Source: Squalus acanthias
Taxonomy: Eukaryota
DNA: 64,000 nucleotides
Direction of reading: 5' to 3'
Assembly: GCA_030390025.1 (NCBI GenBank)
Contig: CM059425.1
Span: forward strand, 177,446,001 to 177,510,000
Every line of letters starts with the position of its first letter. The first letter of the stretch is position 1. The notes under the pieces are model-generated. The model did no database searches. It had not been told where the DNA came from and saw nothing but the letters and a program-made list of their open reading frames with translations. This document shows, one piece after another, positions 51,610 to 64,000 of the stretch. The position numbers were made by a program, and so were the translations under genes.

Positions 51610-52716
51610 TGCCTCTCCTCTGTTGTTCAACTGAGTGGGACTGCCGTCTCCTGGTTCCATTCTTATCTATCCAGTCATAGCCAGAGAATCTCCTGCAAGA
51701 CTTCTCTTCCCACCCCCACACCTTTACCTCTGGAGTCCCCCAAAGATCTATTGGCCCCCTCCTATTTCTCATCTACATGCGGCCCCTCGGCGACATTATC
51801 CGAATACATGATATTTCATGTGTACGATGATACCCAGCTTTACCTCATCACCATCTCTATCAGCTCCTCCACTGTCTCTGTGTTGTCAGAATGCTTGTCC
51901 AACATCCAGTCCACACCAGCTGGAATTTCCTCCAATTAAACATTGGGAAGACCAAAGACATGTCTTTGGTCCCCACCAAGTCCCTCACCACCAATTTCAT
52001 TCCCCTCCCTGGCCACTGTCTCAGGCTGAACCAAACTGTTCACAACCTCAGTGTCCTATTTGACCCCATATCCTCTCCACCACTCCCTACTTCCACCTTC
52101 GTAACATTGTCTGTCTCCACCCCGTTTCAGCTAATCTGCTGCTGAAACCCTCATTCATGCTTTTGTCACCTCCAGTCTCGACTATTCCAATGCTCTCCTG
52201 GCCAGCCTCCCACCTTCTACCCTCCATAAACTTCAGCTGCCCATATCCTAACCTGCAGCATCCTGCTCACCCACTACAGCTGTGCTCGCTGACCTACATT
52301 GGCTCCCAGCCATCAATGCCTCAAATTTAAAATTCTCATCCTTGTGTTCAAATTCCTCCATTGCTTTGCCCCTCCCCATCTCTGTAACATCCTCCAGCCC
52401 TACAAATCTCTGAGAACTCTGCGGTCTTCCAACTCTGGCCTCTTGTGCAGACCCCACTCCCTTCGCCCCACCATTGATGGCCGTGCCTTCAGCCGTCTAG
52501 ACCCCAAGCTCTGAAATTCCTCCCCCCCCCCCCCAAACCTCCACCTCTCTTTCATTCTTTAAGACCCTCCCTAAAACCTACCACTGACCAAGCTTTTAGT
52601 AACCCATCCTAATATCTCCTGCTCTGGCTCAATATCAATTTTTGTCTGATTATACCCGAGAAGCATGTTATGACATTTTCCTACATTAAAGGCAATGTAA
52701 GTGCAAGTTGTTGTTG
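51610..52716 (+). mobile_element. Degraded L2 LINE RT and 3' end
   Basis: SGVPQ...LFLIYMRPL, YDDTQLY, LQLNIGKT and SSLDYSNALL-type motifs; TTG-repeat tail. Confidence 0.85.
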
Positions 52717-53299
52717 TAAATCTCCAGAATTAGAAGGTATTTATCCCAGAGTGCTGAGATATACTAAGGAGGATATTTGTAAGGCACTTACAATCATTAT
52801 GAAGGAGTGGACACTGGGGAGGCATGAGTAGATTGGAGACAGGTTAATGTGGTACAGTCCCCACAACTTATGCCATCCACGCTCATCACGGCCAGCCGCT
52901 TATATCGAACAAATGGAAATAACCATTTGCCAGTACCATAGGAATCAATTACAAAGGCGCTGCTTATAAGATTGAATGGGTTCTTCAATAAATTGGCACC
53001 TTGTTAATCCCCTGTATTTGTGAAATCTGCCCTATACCTTGATAATTGGATTCATCAAAGGCATCAAAATAAAGCCCTGACAGGGGAAGAGAGGAAGTGA
53101 GAAATGCACAATCAAAACTGGCCGTGAATTCATAGGCTGCCGTTTAATCTTTTGCAGCTGAAAATTGTTTGATTTCATCTGTCAGAACATGTTAGCTAGC
53201 TTCAGTCTATTAGAGCAACAAAATGAGAAGCCTTAACTGTGAGATTGAAACGGGGAGACTTAATCTTATGGTTTAACTGCTTATAGCGGGCAAATCGCA

Positions 53300-55378
53300 T
53301 TAATACCAACTGTACTCATTCAAAAAGGGTGACAAAACGGACACAGGCTTTCAAATATACATAAAATAATGGAATTGATTATCAGGAGTAAATTTTGAGG
53401 ATTATCTGTCAACATGGCTTTAGATCCTGCTTGAGAAATTTCCTTGATTTCTTTGAGGAAGTGACAACCCAAGTGGAATGTGGGAAACCCTACAATGTGT
53501 ATTCTTAGACTTTCAAAAGGCAGTTGATAAAGTTCCAGATGGAAGGCTACTAATCAAGTTCAAAGTTGTGGGAATTCAGGGTAAAATTTGTCAATGGATA
53601 AGAAATTGGGTGATGGTTGTAAAACAATGGGTACTACTTAGAAGAGCCAAGTCAGGCTGCGGGGAAGTACTGAGTGGGGTACCCCAAGGTTTACATCAAT
53701 GACCTGGATTCAGAATCTCAATGCAAAGTGGTCAAATGTGCAGACAGTAGCAAACTAGGAGTAGCACTGGAATCAAGGAAGGTAGCCCAGGAATTACTGA
53801 ACAAACTAAACAAAATATATGAGTGGGCCAAATAATGGCAGATTAAATTTAATGCAGACAAATGTAAAGTACTTCACATAGGAAGGAAAAATGGATGACA
53901 TATATACTCCATGAATAGTATTGAAATAGCTAAGGATGAGGTTGAAAGAGACCTAGGATTCCTACTCGATGCTCAACAGCGATCAACAAAGCCAATAGCA
54001 TGTGGAGTTACACAACAGTTGAATCCAAGTCAGAGGAAGGCATGATCAAACTGTGCAATGCTCTGGTGAGACCTTACCCTGAGTGTCCAGTTCTGGCCAC
54101 TAAGAGACAAAGGAAACATTCAAGATCAGAGAAGAGCCACAAGGTTGATCCCTAGAGTTAGGGGTCTGAGTTATGAGGAAATACCAGAGAGACGTGGACC
54201 AGAAAATTCCTCAGAGCGTCCCACTCTGCCGGTGTTTTCACTGGAAGTGCAGTGAAAACCCTGTTTGTGTGTAAACAGGGTGTCTGCCACACTTCCAGCA
54301 AAGTAACACTGGATGAGGGGGTGCAACACTGAGGAATTTCCCGGCCTTGGGCTTTTCAGCTTGGAAAGGAGATGTTTGAGAGGTGATCTTATAGAGATAT
54401 AAAATCTAGTAAACTGTATGGAAAAGGTTAATCTGGAATACTATTAAACTCTGGGTATCAGTCATGGCAGCTCTCTCACTTCTGAGTCAGATGATTTGGG
54501 TTCAAGCCGCACTAGAGAGTGGAGCACAAAATCTAGGCTGACACTCCAGTGCAGCACTGAGGGAGTGCCGCACTGCCGGAGGTGCCATCTTTTGGATAAC
54601 ATTAAACTGAGGCTGCCCTCTCAAGTAGATATAAAAGATTTCATAGCACTATTTCAAAGATGTGCTTCCCAGTGTCCTGGCCTATATTTAACCCTCAACC
54701 AACAATACTAAAAAAAAAGATTATCTGGTCATTATCAAGGACAGTAGGCGCATGGGAACACCACCATCTCCAAGTTCCCCTCCAAGTCACACACCATCCT
54801 GACTTAGAAGTATATCGCCGATCCTTCATCGTCGCTGGGTCAAAATCCTGGAACTCCCTCCCTAACAGCACTGTGGGAGTACCTTCACCACACGGACTGC
54901 AGCAGTTAAAGGCGGCGGCTCACCACCACCTTCTCAAGGGCAATTAGGGATGGGCAATAAATGCTGGCCTTGCCAGCGAAGCCCACATCCCGTAAACGAA
55001 TAAAAACAAATTGCTGTTTGAGAGAGCTTGCTGTGCGTAAAATTGGCAGTTGCGTATCCTACATTACAACAGTGACTACACTTCAAAAGTACTTCATTGG
55101 CTGTAAAGCTCTTTGGGAAGTCCTGAGGTCACAAAAGGTGCTATAGGATTAGGACATGGGGGACACAGGTTCAAAATAGCAAAAGGTCATTTTAGGACTC
55201 CTATCTGGAAATTCTTCTCCACGCAGAGAGTGATCATCACTTGGAATGTTCTTCCATACAGAGTGGAGGAGGTCAAAATCTTGGAATAATTTTAGAAACT
55301 ATCAAATGCTGCAGTAGGGAACTGTAGGATCTTGCTGGATAGATGAATTGAGGTGGATCGAATGGCCTTCCTCATATT
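53300..55378 (+). mobile_element. Old degraded CR1 hosting a hairpin element (54196-54346), a Deu-SINE (about 54455-55146) and, inside that SINE, a family B LINE tail (54738-55007)
   Basis: FLDFQKAVDKVP and SGVPQG motifs; CR1 sequence resumes after each insert; the SINE has a tRNA-like head (GGGTTCAAG) and a Deu-type tail. Confidence 0.8.
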
Positions 55379-55954
55379 GTAAAGTTGCTTTGTGATGCCC
55401 TCCAGTTGAATTATATTTGTTTGATTTTCTGAAATAAAATGCATAAAGGTCTTTCTCCCATTTTTTGACAGTAATTAATTTTAGACCTTAAATCCCATAA
55501 CTTATGTTTGCTCATATATAATGTATCTTTTGTTAGTTATATAATAAAGTCCATAGCTTGAAGTTCTGATTGGTTCTGACTGTTCCTTTTCACCCTCAGT
55601 AGCTGAATTGAGGCCGAGAAAACCAGAGTTTGCTCTTCTTGTGGTAGCAGTAATATGCTACGTTAAAAAAAAACCAGGAAACTCCATATATGAATCATGC
55701 AGGAATAGTTAATGGATATGGTGGGTAGAAGTGTTTCAATACTGATCAACATATTCAACTCAGTATCATATTAGTGACATGAAGATGTACTCCAACCTGT
55801 TTTAAGTCATTTTCACTCCTTTCCCTTCTTCTGGTCCATCTATGCCATGCATCATCCTTGGCTGGTAGTACAAGCCAAATTTTGCGCAAGGGTGAAACTG
55901 TGAATGGGCCGCGCACCCTAAAAAAATTAGGGGGAACATTGTACAGGATACTTT

Positions 55955-56530
55955 TTTTTATTAGCTGAGGGATAGAATATAAGAGCAGGAAGGTTATGCT
56001 TGAACTGTATAAAATACCTAGTTAGGCCACAGCTAGAGTACTGCGTACAGTTCTGGTCACCACATTATAGGAAAGATGCGATTGCACTAGAGAGGGTACA
56101 GAGGAGATTTGAGGATGTTGCCAGGCTGGGGCTGTTTTCTTTGGGACAGAGGAGGCTGAGGGGAGATTTAATTGAGGTGTATAAAATTATGAGGGGCCTA
56201 GGTAGAGTGGATCGGAAGGACTTATTTCCCTTAGGAGAGAGGTCAATAACCAGGGGGCATAGATTTAAAGTAATTGGTAGAAGGATTAGAGGGGAGTTGG
56301 AGAAGACATTTTTTCACCCAGAAGGTGGTGGGGGTCTGGAACTCACTGCCTGAAAGGGTGGTAGAGGCAGAAACCCTCAGCGCATTTAAAAAGTACGCGG
56401 ATATGCACTTGAAGTGTCGTAACCTACAAGGCTACGGACCAAGAACTGGAAAGTGGGATTAGTTCTTTTTCGGCCAGCACAGACATGATGGGCCAAATGG
56501 CCCCCTTCTGTGATTCTTCAATGATTCTAT
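55955..56530 (+). mobile_element. CR1 3' fragment
   Basis: LVRPQLEYCVQFWSPHY and WNSLP motifs; closely similar to 22682-23290. Confidence 0.9.
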
Positions 56531-57872
56531 AAATGGAAATGAAAATCAGACGGGGTGCGTAATGGGCAGCCGATCTGCTATCACCCATTTTCCACCACTG
56601 CCGAAAGTTAAAGTCAGCCGCAACGTTTGCAACACATCCTTCACGAATCACCAAAATGAAATGGTGATAGAAAATGGGGGGTTGGGAAGAGGAGGAGGAG
56701 GAGAGGAGGAATAGATCTGATATTCACATTATAGCAAGAGACATTCATGTTGCAAAATATGGAGTAAATTTTTTTTCCCACAATACAAATTTAGTGCAAT
56801 TCTATCCATGGCATATTGTTTGCATACTTCCTTATATATTGCTAGAAAAAAAACCCACCTTTATTACTGTGGTAGTCACTCGATGCAATGTACCTTTACC
56901 TCCTAACGCACTGTCATTTTATATGACCTTTTCACCTAGGTCACAGAGCCTCTACTGCACTCAGTGCATCCACCGCTTTATGGTTTGAAAAGTAATTAAA
57001 AAAAACTATTAGGTTATATATTTTGAGGAGTAATTCAATCTCACAGTTCTGCAGATATTAACAAACTACTTAAGCTCTCAGAAATATGTGTGGTGATGTA
57101 GTACTCAGCACGTGTGCAGATATTAGCTGCGACAAGATTGCATTTGGTTCTGATGTCTCCACAAGTACAAATAACTCAAGAGGCATTTGCTGCCCAGGCT
57201 TACACTTGAAGAATGGACACGTCGGTGAGATATTGGAGAGTCGCTGATGCATATGGAACCATAATCCAGCACAAATCAGTCCGGCCGATTTTAACTCAGT
57301 TCTTTGGGTGGGAAGCAGCCTTGAAAATCAGAGTTCTACACTTACCGCCCCATTCCTGCTCTGATCCCACCTATTACCATTTTTACAAGGACGGTCCACC
57401 TGAATCAATTAAATTATGTAAATTGAGGTCCTATGACATAAATAGGGCCCCGATTGCAATTTTGAGGTACAAACAGACAGAGCGGCACAATGTACACTTC
57501 TCCCATCGCTCACCTATTCTCTGCTAGTAGTTAAAATCAGTCCTAGCATCTTCAGGAAAGGAGAAGGAAAGTGGGAAGCAAACTGAAAAAAAGTTGTTTG
57601 ATAAAATTGTGCAATTTATTATCCTAAATGTGAATTTTAAAAGATTATTTCAGAACATCTCTCTGTAATGGTAATGTAATGTTTATTCAGTTCCCATTGG
57701 ATTTGGAGCTGGTTGGTGCTTTGTTTCTGAATTAAGTGTTTTGCCTGTGATTCATACTCAAAAATGCAAAACTACCACAAATAGATTTGAACAAAACACT
57801 GTCAGGGCAGAATGAATCTATATTTAAGACTGTTTTGTTACTTTTTCAAGTTAGTACACTGACAAAATGTCA

Positions 57873-57974
57873 AATAAAAACAGAAAATGCTGGAAATACT
57901 CAGCCGGTCAGGCAGCATCTGCGGAGAGAGAAACAGAGTTAACGTTTCAGGTCGATGGCCTTTCGTCAGAACTG
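57873..57974 (-). mobile_element. 102-bp Penelope-derived mini-insert with a hammerhead motif (57937-57973)
   Basis: Matches 34083-34185. 14-bp TSD CTGACAA(A/T)ATGTCA at 57859-57872 and 57975-57988. CUGACGA and GAAA intact; one helix II mismatch. Confidence 0.85.
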
Positions 57975-58032
57975 CTGACAATATGTCACTTTCTAAAAAT
58001 GGAATGCATACAAAGCAGAGAATATATTAAAT

Positions 58033-60788
58033 ACCAAGGCTGGGAATTCAACATCCAGGGGTATTCAATATTCAGGAAGGACAGGCAAAAAGGAAAAGGA
58101 GGTGGGGTAGCATTGCTGGTTAAAGAGGAGATTAACACAATAGTAAGGAAGGATATTAGCTCTGATGATGTGGAATCTGTATGGGTAGAGCTGAGAAATA
58201 CCATGGGGCAGAAAACGTTAGTGGGAGTTGTATACAGACCCCCAAACAGTAATGCTGAGGTTGGGGATGGCATTAAATGGGAAATTAGAGATGCGTGCAA
58301 GAAGGGCACAGCAGTTATCATGGGTGACTTTAATCTACATATAGATTGGGCTAACCAAATTAGTAACAATACTGTGGAAGAGGAATTCCTAGAGTGTATA
58401 CGGGATGGTTTCCTGGACTAATATGTCGAGGAACCAACTAGAGATCAGGCCATCTTAGACTGGGTATTATGTAATGAGAAAGGATTAATTAGCAATCTTG
58501 CTGTGCAAGGCCCCTTGGGGAGGAGCGATCATAATATGATAGAATTCTTCATTAAGATGGAGAGTGAAGTAGTAGTTGACTCAGAGACTAGGGTACTGAA
58601 GTTAAATAAAGGAAACTATGATGGTATGAGGCGCGAGTTGGTTAGGATGGATTGGGGAATGTTACTTAAAGGGTTGACGGTGGATAGGCAATGGCAAACA
58701 TTTAAAGATCGTCTGGATGAACTACAGAATTTGTTCATCCCTGTTTGGCATAAAAATAAAACAAAAAAGGTGACTCAACCGTGGCTAACAAGGGAAATTA
58801 GAGATAGCATAAGATCCAAGGAGAGGACATATAAATTGGCCAGAAAAAGCAGCAAACCTGAGGATTGGGAGCAGTTTAGGATTCAGCAAAGGAGGACAAA
58901 GGGATTAATTAAGAGGGGCAAAATAGAATATGAGAGTAAGCTTGCAGGGAACATAAAAACTGACTGTAAAAGCTTCTATAGATATGTGAAGAGAAAAAGA
59001 TTGGTGAAGTCAAGCGTAGGTCCCTTGCAGTCAGAATCAGGGCAATTTATAATGGGGAACAAAGAAATGGCAGACCAAGTAAATACATACTTTGGTTCTG
59101 TCTTCACAAAGGAGGACACAAATAACCTCCCAGAGATGTCAGGGAACATAGGGTCTAATGAGAGGGAGGAACTGAATGAAATCAGTATTTGTAGGGAAAT
59201 GGTGTTAGGGAAATTGACGGGATTGAAGGCCGATAAATCCCCAGGGCCTGATAATCTACATCCTAGGGTACTTAAGGAAGTGGCCCTAGAAATAGTAGAT
59301 GCATTGCTGGTCATCTTTCAAAATTCTATAGACTCTGGAACAGTTCCCATGGATTGGAGGGTAGCTAATGTAACCCCACTATTTAAAAAAGGTGGTAGAG
59401 AGAAAATGGGGAATTATAGACCGGTAAGCCTGACATCGGTAGTGGGGAAAATGCTAGAGTCCATTATAAAAGATGTAATAGCAGGGCACTTGGAAAACAG
59501 TGACAGGATCGGACAAAGTCAACATGGATTTACAAAAGGTAAATCATGCTTGACTAATCTACTGGAATTTTTTGAGGATGTAACTGGTAGAATAGATAAG
59601 GGAGAACCAGTGGATGTGATGTATTTGGACTATCAGAAGGCTTTCGATAAGGTCCCGCATAAGAGATTAGCGTGCAAAGTTAAAGCACATGGGATTGGGG
59701 GTAAGGTACTGACTTGGATAGAAAACTGGTTGGCAGACAGGAAGCAAAGAGTTGGAATAAGCGGGTCTTTTTCCGAGTGGCAGGCAGTGACTAGTGGGGT
59801 ACCGCAGGGATCGGTGCTAGGACCCTAGTTATTCACAATATATATTAATGATCTAGATGAGGGAACTAGATGTAATATCTCCAAGTTTGCAGACGACACA
59901 AAGCTGGGTGGGCGTGTGTGCTGTGAGGAGGATGCAGAGAAACTCCAGTATGATTTGGACAGGTTGGGTGATTATACTGCATCTGCCCAATGTGGATAAA
60001 TGCGAGGTTATCCACTTTGGTGGCAAAAACAGGAAGGCAGATTATCTGAACGGCAATAGATTGATAAAGGGGAAGTGCAACGAGACCTGGGTGTCCTTGT
60101 GCATCAATCGCTGAAGGTAAGCATGCAGGTGTAGCAGGCGGTTAAGAAGGCAAATGGTATGTTGGCCTTCATAGCGAAAGGATTCGAGTACAGGAGCAAG
60201 GCTGTCTTGCTGCAGTTGTACAGGGCCTTGGTGAGACCACACCTTGAGTATTGTGTGCAGTTTTGGTCGTCTTATCTGAGGAAGGATGTTCTTGCCATGG
60301 AGGGAGTGCAGCGAAGATTCACCAGACTGATACCTGGGATGGCAGGAATGACGTATGAAGAGAGATTGGGTCGATTAGGCTTATATTCACTGGAGTTTAG
60401 AAGAATGAGAGGGGATCTCATTGAAACTTATAAAATTCTAACAGGACTAGACAGACTAGATGCAGGATGGCTGTTCCCGATGGCGGGGGAGTCCAGAACC
60501 AGGGGGCACAGTCTAAGGATAAGGGGTAAGCCATTTAGGACTGAGATGAGGAGGAATTTCTTCACCCAGAGAGTGGTGAACCTGTGGAATTCTCTACCAC
60601 AGAAGGCAGTTGAGGCCAATTCATTAAATATATTCAAGAAGGAGTTAGATATATTTCTTAAGGCTAAGGGGATCAAGGGATATGAGGAGAAAGCAGGGAC
60701 AGGGTACTGAATTTGGATGATCAGCTATGATCGCATTGAATCGAGGGGCTGAATGACCTACTCCTGCTCCTATCTTCTATGTTTCTAT
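58033..60788 (+). mobile_element. CR1 LINE, most of ORF2 (APE + RT) with several stops and indels
   Basis: GYSIFRKDR, GGGVALL, YRPP, GDFN, SDHN, RT motifs and a CTATGTTT tail. Confidence 0.95.
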
Positions 60789-62169
60789 AAGCATTTTTAA
60801 TAGCTTTTTTAAAACTCTGCTCATGAATTTAAATGGTATACTAGGGGCCTGCAACGTTTTGCAACAGATGTCAATACCGAGCACTCCTTGGTTAGAAATA
60901 ACTTGAGTTAGATACACAATGAAGCTCCTTCCACAACATTGCAACAATATGCTTTAAGCCTAAATTCAGATGGGAAAACATCTCTACTGCAGCAGTGTGA
61001 TATTTCCCTTTCTTACCATCCTTTTGGCTTCTTAGTGGAATTGTCAATTTAGTACCAAAATACAGACTGTTTAGGAGGGCTTTGCCGGTGTTGCTGTTAA
61101 CAACCTCACCCCAAAATGATCCATAATGGTTTAAAAAAGTCAGTTTAATAATAAAAAGAAACAAACTTGATCCAGGAAGGCTTTAAAACTACGTAAAGAT
61201 CTGTTTAGTGAATAGATTAAGCCTATTGAAAGATGTAATGTGATCTTCTACCTATAGTGGTGTCCTGCACTATGGGCCTTGGCCCTTCACCTAGGTTTCT
61301 TATTTTTTTTTTTAAATGGCTGTCAGTGAGGATATCCTTTTCACTTCTTCCTAATAAAGACCCCTTGCACCACCATCTGCTGCAACTAGTGGAGGCACAA
61401 GTAATTCAGATGTGGCAGTTTTTAAACTCAAATTGTATAATTATAATTCCTATTATGATCAAATATGTTGTTTCAGAGAATGAGTGGGCCATTAGCATAC
61501 TGTGTTGCATGTTAAACATTTTGCATACTTGTTCAGACTACTTCAACTGTAATTGCAATAAATTGGATGCAAACAGGTACAGCAAAATTTGATAGTCCAA
61601 TGATACATTTCTACACATGACTGACCTACTTGGAGCCATTGCTCTGGAGATTATTCTAATTATACTGAAAGTACAGACTACTAACTATGTCTGCAGTGCT
61701 CTGTCAGTGGAGTTTTCAATAAGATTTTTAAAAGCTGAAAATCTCTTAGCAGGTTCTATCTATAGCATGAAATAAAAGCTATCTAAAATTAATATACAGT
61801 ACAGTATGTGATTAAAGATTAACCAACCGTACTCCAATGGCTCAGCTGGTGCTGTTTATTAGGTGTCAACATAATATGAAACACTCCAATGAGGCCTGGT
61901 CAGCTGATGGAGGCATGCAATAATATTTATCTGTGGGGGAACCACATGCAATGAACTTGCATTTTTAACACCAGTTTTTACGGCTATGTGTTGAGATTGC
62001 AATGATGCCAGCATTGAATTAACATGTTGCCAGCTTTCACAATAGTGCGATGTGATTATAAAGATGAAGTTAATCATGCAATTTCATTGTTTCTTATTGC
62101 TTTTAATACCAGGAAACTGATTAACCAATTGCAACTTCACCATAGCAGAAGCTGACAATCAACATTCTA

Positions 62170-62313
62170 TGATGCGGAGATGCCGGTGTTGGACTGGGGT
62201 GGACAAATGTGAGAAGTCGCACAACACCAGGTTATAGTCCAACAGTTTTATTTGATTTCAAATGTGATTTCAAATAAAACTGTTGGACTATAACCTGGTG
62301 TTGTGCGACTTCT
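62170..62313. mobile_element. Second copy of the foldback element with its centre deleted
   Basis: 44-bp perfect arms (62212-62255 and 62270-62313) identical to the 22152-22355 element; AACATTCTA duplicated at 62161-62169 and 62314-62322. Confidence 0.85.
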
Positions 62314-64000
62314 AACATTCTATTAGATCATGGCTGATTTGTACCTCAACTCCATTTACCTGTCTTTGAGAAGTAGATGACTAATTTCAAAAACTTTTAC
62401 ACTGCAAATTGGAGTACTATAAAATTGAAAATGATCCTAGATGCTGATTGTTATTCAATTCTGAATATAATCATGATTTATGGAGAATTAATAGTAAAAA
62501 TGTAGTTGTAGATCCCCATTAGCTGTGATTATAACTCTGCTATTTCATATTACAAAGCTTTATTAACCATACAAAATGATTAGATGCTTAAGAAAATTAT
62601 GTCTGCTTTCCATTCCCCCATGTAGTCTGCCCTAACCAGCACCCAACAGCAGCTGCTGTTTCTTTGAATTAATAGTTTATTACACTTAAAAGGAAAAGAA
62701 TGTTAAAAATCACACGTTTGACCAATGTTTCTGCAGTATAGTGACAACACTCATCAGAGCCATTCCCTTATTGACACGTTCTATTATAGACCTTCCTCAA
62801 ATAGCTTAGAGCAGATGCAAATGTTGGCATTCTGAAAATCTTTAGAGCAACACATTAAATTAGGATAAAGTTTTACATGCACGTTACACTACCACACTCA
62901 AACACAACTACAAATTTAAATTTTTCAGAAAGATGCTGAAAAAGGCAATTCTTTATTTTTCTGTCATTTCAGTGCAGTTTGGAGAGCACTCAGCATTTTT
63001 TTTGTCATCTGCTATTTATAATATCATCTTTGGGATGGGGGAGGACAGGTGTATTCTGTACTATTACAGAGGCCTCGAGAGTAGGAATACGGCAAGAAAT
63101 ATAGCAACCATAGACAATGGTTTTTCAGTGTCTCGATGGATTCCTCTCTCCCAGATCACAAATAGACTCAGTAATATCTGCCCCGGGCTACACCCTGTGG
63201 TTGTGCCAGCTAATATTAAAAGTAAATAAATATGGTCCAATTGTTCTTTGATCAGCTTATGTCACAAATTCAGCTTTGGTGTTCAATATAATCTAGTCAC
63301 ATGGTTAGATGGTGTTGAAGCCACAAAGGCAGTTTATTGATATAAACACCTGTTCAGATATGTGCTACTCTGCAGCATCTCACTTGTTATTTAAACTACT
63401 CTTATCGCTAAACATGGCATCAACACCCCTCAGATCTAGTCTCATTATACTCAGTTAACAAACAGATGCTGCTACATATATAGAAACAGTAAGAGACGAT
63501 TGATCCAGAAAATGATACAGGAGGAGAAAATGGGTGAGGAAAAAAGGCAGAGCCATCTGTACTCCTGCTTTTAGAGGCCTATGGCTGTGGGTGGGACATT
63601 TTGCTCCAGTATCTTTAGCATTCATCAACCGAGGAGAGGAGCTGGTTCCAAACCCAGCCTCTGGCAATTAGACATTTTCTGTATCAAGCTGGCACCAGGC
63701 ATAATTCGCATCCATCGAGACAGATGGGTTCAAATTGCAACCTCATCCGCCTCCCATTGAAGATATTCATTCATCTGATACAATCCTCTCTGAAAACAAA
63801 CTGTTGAGTACTCTGATCTAAATTTGGAAACTTCTGACAAATCTATTAGTAACTCCGTATTAGATAATTTGAGAAGTCATATTTCTGCAAAGATCACGTT
63901 TAAAAAAACATCTCCAGGTCACTACAAAATAGGAGTTGAATTTTCAATTTTAGTGAATGGAGTGAAAGCTTAAGAAGCATCAATGTCTCGCGTCAGATGC

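Noticed and set aside
63440..64000. Possible coding exon at the window end
   Set aside because: Only short, stop-interrupted frames with no recognisable homology.

Overview
Eukaryotic, repeat-rich genomic DNA. The repeat families point to a cartilaginous fish, probably a shark (inferred from CR1/HER1-like LINEs, HE1/V-SINE-like and Deu-SINE-like fragments, and Penelope-like elements). Only one host protein-coding gene is supported: FEM1C on the minus strand, with two coding exons (20082-20625 and 9114-10423) giving 617 aa, a CpG-island/CCAAT promoter, a 5 x 34-bp GC-rich tandem repeat in the leader, and a repeat-poor candidate 3' UTR. Most of the remainder is transposon-derived and often nested: CR1 LINEs, a second CR1/Jockey-group LINE family whose longest copy begins with a tRNA-like head, L2 fragments, a Penelope-like element split by a CR1, a 1.39-kb solo LTR, and several MITEs. 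The most notable signal is a set of minimal type-I hammerhead ribozyme motifs of two sequence families. One lies in the Penelope-like element's 3' region and the others are carried by very short TSD-flanked non-autonomous inserts, including a near-perfect 165-bp foldback element upstream of FEM1C. Repeat boundaries without a TSD are approximate, and family names come from recognition rather than a database search.
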